This document shows positions 9,752 to 24,035 of a stretch of 32,000 bases of DNA, one piece after another. Location of the stretch: contig NC_000917.1 in the NCBI RefSeq assembly GCF_000008665.1, positions 1,680,001-1,712,000 of the forward strand, read 5' to 3'. The number at the start of each line of letters is the position of its first letter. Positions within the stretch are counted from its first letter, which is position 1. A model generated the notes under the pieces. It had not been told where the DNA came from and made no database searches. It saw only the letters and a program-made list of their open reading frames with translations. Position numbers and translations under genes: made by a program. The stretch is from Archaeoglobus fulgidus DSM 4304. Lineage in GTDB: Archaea; Halobacteriota; Archaeoglobi; Archaeoglobales; Archaeoglobaceae.

Positions 9752-10587
9752 AAGGCATTAAACAGGCAGTTACTGCTGCAGCTCTTCGCCACTCCCGGAT
9801 CAGCCTCATTAAAAACGATTTCAGCCTTTCTGTCCCTCTCCTCAATCCACCAGCTTCTCAGATTTGCGTCGATGTAATGGAGGTCCTTGCTGACTCTCAT
9901 TCTCTCACCGTTGAATGTGATGGAGATTATACAGCCCACATCAACAGGAATCTCGTGAATGCTTTCGAGAACGAGAGCGTAGCCGGTGGTGTAGAGCCTC
10001 ATTTCTTCATTGAACTCCCCAACTTTCAAATCGAAAACGACGTTTCTGAGATAGTCGTAGCAATCAACTGATATCAGCCCGCTGCAGCCGAGAAGGGAGC
10101 CATCCATTCTGTGCTCAACGAGAAAAGGCATGGACGTGAGAAGAACGCCCTCTTCGGTGGCGTAGGGTTGTTCAGACCTGACCTTGAGGTAGGATGATTG
10201 GCACAGGGACATGGTGTATTCCCATACTGCTTTAACTGCAACATTAATCATCTCGTTATCGTAATTCGGAGGCTCTGCAGAGAAATTCTTACTCTTCGCC
10301 TCTCTTATAGCTTTTGCAACAGCTTCGTGAATGGCTTTACCGAGAGAAACAGGAAAGCTCTCCTCTCCCCTCACCTTCTCAACCATTGTGAGATAAACAT
10401 CCCTCGACGTAGGGCAGTATCTGCTGCAGATGAGGTACATGGGGAGCTTAACATTGTAGTAGGGCTTGAGCGGAGGAGAATGCCAGTTCCACCCTCTGAG
10501 CTCCTCAGGAACGGGATTCTGCCTGATTCTTGGCCTTAGCTCAAGGGTGAGAAACTTATGCTCCAGCTCGTTAAGAAAGTAAACCAT
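9742..10587 (-). CDS. csa1: Csa1 (Cas4-family paralog of type I-A adaptation modules)
   Basis: 281 aa. RecB-like FDLKVGE motif, N-terminal Cys (CSRYCPTSRD) and C-terminal CSSNCLFNAFC cluster. It overlaps the cas1 start by 10 nt and sits next to the leader. Confidence 0.8.
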   Translation of the reverse strand: MVYFLNELEHKFLTLELRPRIRQNPVPEELRGWNWHSPPLKPYYNVKLPMYLICSRYCPTSRDVYLTMVEKVRGEESFPVSLGKAIHEAVAKAIREAKSKNFSAEPPNYDNEMINVAVKAVWEYTMSLCQSSYLKVRSEQPYATEEGVLLTSMPFLVEHRMDGSLLGCSGLISVDCYDYLRNVVFDLKVGEFNEEMRLYTTGYALVLESIHEIPVDVGCIISITFNGERMRVSKDLHYIDANLRSWWIEERDRKAEIVFNEADPGVAKSCSSNCLFNAFCL

Positions 10588-10609
10588 GAATTAATTAGGC
10601 ATAGCCATA

Positions 10610-10620
10610 CTTATAGTTTT
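10610..10620 (-). promoter_or_regulatory. Candidate TATA box for the csa1-cas1-cas4 operon
   Basis: The minus strand reads AAAACTATAAG, centred ~27 nt upstream of the csa1 ATG (10587). This is leaderless geometry. Confidence 0.35.
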
Positions 10621-10683
10621 CCACACGATACAAAGGAAGTGATGCCCGAATAGTTTAAGATTTAAACTAATTATTTTTTGATT

Positions 10684-10721
10684 GTCAAGAAAGTCCAAAA
10701 TGAATGGAGGGATTTCGTGAG
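10684..10721 (+). repeat. Degenerate CRISPR-repeat-like relic inside the leader
   Basis: GTCAAGAAAGTCCAAAATGAATGGAGGGATTTCGTGAG is 38 nt. It shares GT.AAGAAAG, TCC, AAAATG, GGAG and the TCGTGAG ending with the array repeat. TCGTGAG is otherwise found only in the terminal degenerate repeat. Confidence 0.5.
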
Positions 10722-11393
10722 TTTTGATAGAGAATGGAAAGTTTTGGGTGGTGAAAAATTGTGGGTTAGTTTTAAGAATTGGCTGTTGGGTTAACGAAGC
10801 TATCCTATTCCGCAAACTGCTCCGGCATCCCTTTATAAATACAGTGTTAGTTTTGAGGTATGCTGCAATGGGCGGGAGAAGGGGGCAGTTAACTTTAAAT
10901 ATTAGGTGAATGGAGGGATTTTAGGGAGGGTAAGAAAGGGAGGCTCCTGAAAATGGAGATTGAAAGCTATTCTCCAAATAAAATTATATAACGCATTAAC
11001 ATCAATAAGAAAGGGAGGCTCCTGAAAATGGAGATTGAAAGCAGGAGGGACCGGAAACACACGGTTGAAGGGGAACGCGTAAGAAAGGGAGGCTCCTGAA
11101 AATGGAGATTGAAAGTCTATAACTCCTATACGGTCAACATTGTAACCTGGGTTGTAAGAAAGGGAGGCTCCTGAAAATGGAGATTGAAAGTCTCGCTTGC
11201 CCTGATGAAATCGGATGGCTTTGCGTCCAGTAAGAAAGGGAGGCTCCTGAAAATGGAGATTGAAAGATCTTTTGCACTTCCTCCTTAACCTTCTTAATCT
11301 CCGTAAGAAAGGGAGGCTCCTGAAAATGGAGATTGAAAGGCTCTGCAGGGCCAGGGTAAGACAATTGCTGACATAATTGTAAGAAAGGGAGGC

Positions 11394-11431
11394 TCCTGAA
11401 AATGGAGATTGAAAGCTTCAGGTAACCCCTG
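11394..11431 (+). repeat. Copy 1 of an exact 38-nt direct duplication (22 nt of repeat 3' part + 16 nt of spacer)
   Basis: TCCTGAAAATGGAGATTGAAAGCTTCAGGTAACCCCTG is identical to 11469-11506. The flanking bases differ on both sides. Confidence 0.95.
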
Positions 11432-11468
11432 AACTAAGACCTACTCGGACAGGATTAAGCTGCCGTAT

Positions 11469-11506
11469 TCCTGAAAATGGAGATTGAAAGCTTCAGGTAA
11501 CCCCTG
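11469..11506 (+). repeat. Copy 2 of the exact 38-nt direct duplication
   Basis: Same 38-mer, 75 nt downstream of copy 1. The two copies bracket a unique 37-nt segment (11432-11468). Confidence 0.95.
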
Positions 11507-14355
11507 CACAATTTCGGCCTTTTTCTGTAAGAAAGGGAGGCTCCTGAAAATGGAGATTGAAAGGTCTAACAGGCACAGGAGAACACATTGCACCCTTGCA
11601 AGTAAGAAAGGGAGGCTCCTGAAAATGGAGATTGAAAGCCTTCAATATCACTGTCCAGTTTCTTGAAGCACACTGGGGTAAGAAAGGGAGGCTCCTGAAA
11701 ATGGAGATTGAAAGATGTCAACATGTTCATGCCTGCTTCAAAGCCGGATTTGGGTAAGAAAGGGAGGCTCCTGAAAATGGAGATTGAAAGTTTGGACTAT
11801 TTCGCCGCAATCTGCACAGACTACTTCGTAAGAAAGGGAGGCTCCTGAAAATGGAGATTGAAAGGTCTCGCTCAGGTCGGTTAAGGCATCGTTCATCTCC
11901 TAAGAAAGGGAGGCTCCTGAAAATGGAGATTGAAAGAACGTCGTGCTGAACTTAGGAATAGTGATGTCCAACTATCTGTAAGAAAGGGAGGCTCCTGAAA
12001 ATGGAGATTGAAAGGAAATCGCTGTATTCATTTGGTTTTTTGAATTGGAAAGTAAGAAAGGGAGGCTCCTGAAAATGGAGATTGAAAGAAATCTACACCG
12101 TTTATTTTAACCGCCTTCATAACAAGTAAGAAAGGGAGGCTCCTGAAAATGGAGATTGAAAGCAAGCTGTTCTGGTGGCAACGATGCGAGTAAATTCTGT
12201 AAGAAAGGGAGGCTCCTGAAAATGGAGATTGAAAGATATACTCCTTACCCCCTATCTTCTTGCTTGAAATTGCGTAAGAAAGGGAGGCTCCTGAAAATGG
12301 AGATTGAAAGTCATCCTCTCGTACAGCGTCCTCGTTGAAATGCCGAGAGTAAGAAAGGGAGGCTCCTGAAAATGGAGATTGAAAGTCCCTCTCCCCACTC
12401 TCCATATCCTCGATAACGCTGAGGTAAGAAAGGGAGGCTCCTGAAAATGGAGATTGAAAGATTATCAGAGGTGTTGTAATCAAGGACGAGGAGCTGGATG
12501 TAAGAAAGGGAGGCTCCTGAAAATGGAGATTGAAAGATATCAGCTCTTTTGTGAACTCATCCGTATAGTATGTGTAAGAAAGGGAGGCTCCTGAAAATGG
12601 AGATTGAAAGAATATCTGATTTATCAGGGCGATGCTTATCTCGGAGAAGTAAGAAAGGGAGGCTCCTGAAAATGGAGATTGAAAGAACTGATACCACAAC
12701 TGGTGCACCAACTGAGGTTGCCGCGTAAGAAAGGGAGGCTCCTGAAAATGGAGATTGAAAGCAGTAAACATTGACGGCCAAATTTATCAGGGAGACGTGT
12801 AAGAAAGGGAGGCTCCTGAAAATGGAGATTGAAAGATAAATTCCTGATACATATTATTTGAATCAGAACCCACGTAAGAAAGGGAGGCTCCTGAAAATGG
12901 AGATTGAAAGATTTTATCTGCATCTCCACACTACCTCTGCAGGAAGCTGTAAGAAAGGGAGGCTCCTGAAAATGGAGATTGAAAGCAATAATCTCATCAT
13001 TGCCTGGAATTTCCGAAGTTAGGGGTAAGAAAGGGAGGCTCCTGAAAATGGAGATTGAAAGTGCAGCCACCAAGTTTGGTGACTTGGCAACCATCTTGTA
13101 AGAAAGGGAGGCTCCTGAAAATGGAGATTGAAAGGATACATGCAAAATATCTTGAGTGAGGTGGTTTGATGGGTAAGAAAGGGAGGCTCCTGAAAATGGA
13201 GATTGAAAGAATGCATCAGATTCATACTCAAGAACCTTCTTAACAAGTAAGAAAGGGAGGCTCCTGAAAATGGAGATTGAAAGATATTTTCGTATCCTTG
13301 AGAGTATCAGCGATCGATTCGGTAAGAAAGGGAGGCTCCTGAAAATGGAGATTGAAAGTCATATCACCTGATGAAATTCATCCTTTTCCTTTAGTAAGAA
13401 AGGGAGGCTCCTGAAAATGGAGATTGAAAGAATCACGACCCATTCATATCACCTCTTCTCCAAACCAAGTAAGAAAGGGAGGCTCCTGAAAATGGAGATT
13501 GAAAGTAAATGCTTTCTCACTTCCCTCTTTCTCATATATCTCTGTAAGAAAGGGAGGCTCCTGAAAATGGAGATTGAAAGGAGCTATCAGCAGATGGGCG
13601 AGAGTTTAGGCGGCTTGTAAGAAAGGGAGGCTCCTGAAAATGGAGATTGAAAGTGCAAAATAGGGGTGGTAGTAATGCGGTATAATTTCAGCGTAAGAAA
13701 GGGAGGCTCCTGAAAATGGAGATTGAAAGATGCAAAAGAGAAGTTCGGGTAGTGGTAGTGGGGAAGGGTAAGAAAGGGAGGCTCCTGAAAATGGAGATTG
13801 AAAGGTTGCTTGGCCTGCCATCTGAGTCATATGCCCCATCCGTAAGAAAGGGAGGCTCCTGAAAATGGAGATTGAAAGATGTCGTTGAACTGGGCTTGGA
13901 TTTCTCTTATAATCGGGTAAGAAAGGGAGGCTCCTGAAAATGGAGATTGAAAGCCCTCGAAGCGGGCCTGCTGCTTGAACCTTACGGTTGTGTAAGAAAG
14001 GGAGGCTCCTGAAAATGGAGATTGAAAGACTGCAGGGGTGTGGACACAAGTGGACCGCAACAGAGGTGTAAGAAAGGGAGGCTCCTGAAAATGGAGATTG
14101 AAAGCAAGTCTTCGATTTCGCCTGCGACTTGTTCAACATCCTCTGTAAGAATGGAAGTCTCCTGAAAATGGAGATCGTGAGAACTTCATAAAACAGCACC
14201 ATTCCATGTATCCTAAATAGTAAATGCTACACGGGCTACCGGAAAGGCGTTTTGAGCGGTTGTGGTGAGAATTCTGCATCACACCTGTAAAAACTTCAAC
14301 AGCGGGCAGTGCTGTGCCCTAACTGAAAATACATGAAGTTTAAAATTATCAGGAA

Positions 14356-14428
14356 AGCCGCCGGCGGGATTTGAACCCGCGACCTGGTGATTACAAGTCA
14401 CCCGCTCTGCCAGCTGAGCCACGGCGGC
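14356..14428 (-). tRNA. tRNA-Thr (anticodon UGU)
   Basis: The minus strand folds as a cloverleaf: GCCGCCG/CGGCGGC acceptor, GCTC/GAGC D-stem, GGTGA-CTTGTAA-TCACC anticodon arm, GCGGG-TTCAAAT-CCCGC T-arm. It is 73 nt with no encoded CCA. AAATTAATTAA lies ~27 nt upstream as a likely TATA. Confidence 0.9.
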
Positions 14429-14463
14429 AGCATGGGGTGATTGAGGCGAAGAGTTAATTAATT

Positions 14464-15219
14464 TTACTCCACGGTGCTCCTCTCGAATGAGACCATCGCC
14501 ACGTACAGCATCAACGCTGTGAGTGACAGAAGTATCAGCAGGCTTTGGTCTAAGGGGAAAATCCCGCTGACTCCCGTAAGCAGAACTCTCGAAGATTCTA
14601 CGGCGTACGTTAGAGGATTTAGGAGAGCCAAGACCTTCATCCAGGCGGGCATGAAGGCGATGGGGTAAATCGCCCCACTGAGGAATATCAGGGGGAGCAT
14701 CACGAGAGCCATTATCATCTGAAATCCCTCCATGCTCCTCATCCTGGCTGCGATGCTGACCCCGAAGCTGGAGAACGCTACCGCAAGAACAAAACCTACT
14801 CCGAGAGCGGGAATCACACCGAATATGTTTATCCTTGCAATGAAAAAGGTGAGAGCTAGTATTATCGCTCCCTGAAGTGTGGCGACCGCCGAATCGCCAA
14901 AAATTCTGCCTGCTATCGTCTCCTTTCTCGATGCGGGAGCTACAAGCACCTCCTTGAGAAACCCAAACTCTCTATCCCATATCACGCTTATTCCGCTAAC
15001 GAAGCTCTGGTTGAAAACGGTCATGGCAAATATGCCAGGAGAAAGGTAGGTGAGGTAGTCAACGCCTCCGAAAATGCTCGGGTCTCTGAAAGCTCGGCTC
15101 CACCCGATGCCGAAGAACGTTAGCCAGACAAGGGGGTTTATAATCATCCCAGCCACCCTCGACCTCGCCCTCAAAAATCGCTTTATCTGCCTGTAAACCA
15201 TGATTTCAAACGCTCTCAT
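14464..15219 (-). CDS. ABC-2 type transporter permease
   Basis: 251 aa, about 6 hydrophobic segments, and a typical ABC-2 N-terminus (YRQIKRFLRARSRV). It lies immediately downstream of the ATPase gene. Confidence 0.85.
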   Translation of the reverse strand: MRAFEIMVYRQIKRFLRARSRVAGMIINPLVWLTFFGIGWSRAFRDPSIFGGVDYLTYLSPGIFAMTVFNQSFVSGISVIWDREFGFLKEVLVAPASRKETIAGRIFGDSAVATLQGAIILALTFFIARINIFGVIPALGVGFVLAVAFSSFGVSIAARMRSMEGFQMIMALVMLPLIFLSGAIYPIAFMPAWMKVLALLNPLTYAVESSRVLLTGVSGIFPLDQSLLILLSLTALMLYVAMVSFERSTVE

Positions 15220-15221
15220 CT

Positions 15222-16190
15222 TTATCTCCTCATTCTAGCCCTGATAATCGCTTTTCTCAGCTCACCACCCTCATCCCTTATTTCCCTTCCCGTGAGGTGG
15301 AGAAACACATCGTTGAGCGTGGGTCTGTGGTATGTAACCTCCAAAATCCTGACGCCCTTCTCTCTTGCAATCTCGAAAATTTTTGGTATCGCCTCGCTCG
15401 CGTTGGAGACGTCTATTCTGATTCTTCCATCCGGCAAAACGACGCAGTTGCCCAAACCCGTCTCAAAGCACTCCGCCCCGTTTTCCACTTTAAGGTAAAC
15501 AACATCGCTCCCCACGAGCCTTTTAAGCTCCTCAACGCTTCCCTCCGCAATAATTCTCCCGTGGTCGATTATAGCAACTCTGTCCGCAAGCTTCTCAGCC
15601 TCCTCCATGTAGTGGGTTGTGAGAAATATCGTCATGTCCTGCTCCTCCTTCATGGCCTCAATGTAGCTCCAGACGTGAGCTCTTGTTTGCGGGTCTAAGC
15701 CAATAGTCGGCTCATCGAGGAAGAGCACTTCGGGATGGTGCAGCAGAGACCTCGCTATCTCCAGCCTTCTCTGCATCCCCCCGCTGAAGTACTTGACGAG
15801 CTTATCTCTGAACTCCCAGAGCTCAACGAACTTCAAGAGCCTCTCTATTTTCTCCTTAAGCTCCTTTCCCTTCAATCCGTAAACGCCACCATGAACCAGC
15901 ATGTTCTCGTATGCTGTCAAATCTCTGTCAACGCTTGGGTCCTGAAAGACTATTCCTATTCTCCTCCTCACCTCCCTTGCCTCCCTCACCACATCAAGGC
16001 CTGCGACAAAAGCTTTCCCCGAGGTGGGCTTGAGCAGTGTTGTGAGAATGTGAACCGTCGTTGTTTTCCCAGCCCCGTTGGGGCCGAGAAAAGCGAAGAT
16101 TTCACCCCTTTTAACCTTGAAGCTTACACCCCTAACAGCTTCAAAATCCCCGAACTTTTTCACCAGATTCTCCACTTCAATGGCGTACAT
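15222..16190 (-). CDS. ABC transporter ATP-binding protein (ABC-2/DrrA-like)
   Basis: Walker A GPNGAGKTT, signature FSGGMQRRL, Walker B VLFLDEPT. I set the start at MYAIEVENL (ATG at 16190). The longer track ORF reads through tRNA-Lys on the opposite strand. Confidence 0.9.
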   Translation of the reverse strand: MYAIEVENLVKKFGDFEAVRGVSFKVKRGEIFAFLGPNGAGKTTTVHILTTLLKPTSGKAFVAGLDVVREAREVRRRIGIVFQDPSVDRDLTAYENMLVHGGVYGLKGKELKEKIERLLKFVELWEFRDKLVKYFSGGMQRRLEIARSLLHHPEVLFLDEPTIGLDPQTRAHVWSYIEAMKEEQDMTIFLTTHYMEEAEKLADRVAIIDHGRIIAEGSVEELKRLVGSDVVYLKVENGAECFETGLGNCVVLPDGRIRIDVSNASEAIPKIFEIAREKGVRILEVTYHRPTLNDVFLHLTGREIRDEGGELRKAIIRARMRR

Positions 16191-16266
16191 GCCTTTTCCC
16201 CGCAAATCTCGAATGCACCGATAAATATATCTGTCCTTTGCTTGTATCTTTAGAGCACGAAAAAGA

Positions 16267-16273
16267 TTTAAAT
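16267..16273 (+). promoter_or_regulatory. Candidate BRE/TATA for tRNA-Lys
   Basis: AAAAGA followed by TTTAAAT, centred 26 nt upstream of the tRNA 5' end (16296). Confidence 0.45.
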
Positions 16274-16295
16274 CCTCACCATCGCTAATGGATGA

Positions 16296-16369
16296 GGGCT
16301 CGTAGCTCAGCCAGGCAGAGCGACGGGCTTTTAACCCGTCGGTCGCGGGTTCAAATCCCGTCGAGCCCG
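16296..16369 (+). tRNA. tRNA-Lys (anticodon UUU)
   Basis: Cloverleaf: GGGCTCG/CGAGCCC acceptor, GCTC/GAGC D-stem, ACGGG-CTTTTAA-CCCGT anticodon arm, GCGGG-TTCAAAT-CCCGT T-arm. It is 74 nt with no encoded CCA. Confidence 0.9.
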
Positions 16370-16392
16370 TATTTAAAAATAGGAGGATCAAC

Positions 16393-16623
16393 ATGAAGTT
16401 CAAGCTGCAGGACCACATGCTCGTTCCGAAGCATGAAGTTTTGAGTAAAGAGGAGGCAGAAGAGCTTTTGAAGATACTGGGAATCGGGAAAGAGCAGCTT
16501 CCGAAAATTAAGGCAGACGATCCAATAGCAAAGGAGATCGGAGCAAAACCCGGGGATATTGTAAAAATAACAAGGAAAAGTTTAACTGCAGGGGAGAGTG
16601 TTTTTTACAGATTGGTTGTATGA
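16393..16623 (+). CDS. rpoH: DNA-directed RNA polymerase subunit H (Rpb5 homolog)
   Basis: 76 aa. [12 protein letters not shown]...LPKI...[33 protein letters not shown] matches archaeal RpoH. AGGAGG sits 7 nt before the ATG. Confidence 0.95.
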   Translation: MKFKLQDHMLVPKHEVLSKEEAEELLKILGIGKEQLPKIKADDPIAKEIGAKPGDIVKITRKSLTAGESVFYRLVV

Positions 16624-16655
16624 TGAAATCTGCAAAAAGAGAAAGGTGAGATGAC

Positions 16656-20009
<3,354 letters not shown>

Positions 20010-20020
20010 GGTGAAATGAG

Positions 20021-24020
<4,000 letters not shown>

Positions 24021-24035
24021 CTTCGGGGGTTCATC

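Larger units (their letters stand above)
10588..10929 (+). promoter_or_regulatory. CRISPR leader with two candidate TATA boxes
   Basis: A/T-rich non-coding 342 bp between csa1 and repeat 1. TTTATAAAT (10832-10840) predicts a TSS at ~10862. TTTAAATATT (10894-10903) predicts a TSS at ~10924, 5-6 nt before repeat 1. Orientation is supported by the ATTGAAAG repeat end and by the degenerate repeat at the far end of the array. Confidence 0.7.
10930..14181 (+). CRISPR. CRISPR array, 37-nt repeat GTAAGAAAGGGAGGCTCCTGAAAATGGAGATTGAAAG
   Basis: Hand-mapped 44 repeat units. There are 42 full copies; two of them carry a variant first base (A at 11005, C at 11900). One copy is a truncated 22-nt unit (11469-11490). 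The terminal copy is degenerate (14145-14181, 6 mismatches). There are 43 spacers, 35-41 nt except one 53-nt chimeric interval. The repeat contains the mini-hairpin CTCC-TGAAAAT-GGAG followed by the 8-nt ATTGAAAG tag. Confidence 0.98.

Noticed and set aside
10591-10909. Small ORFs inside the leader (10591-10815 minus strand, 10724-10909 plus strand).
   Set aside because: They lie in A/T-rich leader sequence with no SD or promoter geometry. Their composition is odd and hydrophobic or Arg-rich, and they overlap each other on opposite strands. They are most likely spurious.
11416-11490. Reading the truncated repeat at 11469-11490 as an ordinary repeat that decayed by point mutations.
   Set aside because: The 15 nt in place of the repeat 5' part match the consensus at only about 3 positions. 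Meanwhile the adjacent 38 nt are a perfect copy of 11394-11431, including 16 nt of spacer. Gradual decay would not give that pattern.
10967-14144. Self-targeting spacers (matches between spacers and genes in this window).
   Set aside because: I spot-checked a few spacers by eye and saw no match, but I cannot do an exhaustive search without tools, so I make no claim. The check would be to BLAST all 43 spacers against the host genome.
12028-14202. Long minus-strand ORFs in the ORF track (12028-12771, 12557-12781, 12636-13145, 13019-13246, 13606-14202, 13827-14060, also 11134-11364) with reiterated peptides such as FQSPFSGASLSY, LSISIFRSLPFL and FNLHFQEPPFLT.
   Set aside because: They are translations of the CRISPR repeat, which happens to be stop-free in all three minus-strand frames. 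The periodicity equals the repeat-spacer unit, so they are not genes.
14182-14463. tRNA-Thr next to the array end as the attachment site of an integrated CRISPR-Cas island. The two-gene ABC cassette bracketed by tRNA-Thr and tRNA-Lys could likewise be read as a mobile insertion.
   Set aside because: I found no direct repeat of either tRNA 3' end elsewhere in the window. The only similarity is the generic T-arm shared by the two tRNAs. I also found no integrase or transposase gene. The 14304-14319 hairpin (GGGCA-GTGCTG-TGCCC) is short and unremarkable.
16191-16418. 76-codon N-terminal extension of the ABC ATPase ORF (track ORF 15222-16418).
   Set aside because: The extension reads antisense through tRNA-Lys (16296-16369) and the divergent promoter region. 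The conserved ATPase begins at MYAIEVENL (ATG at 16190), just before the Walker A motif.
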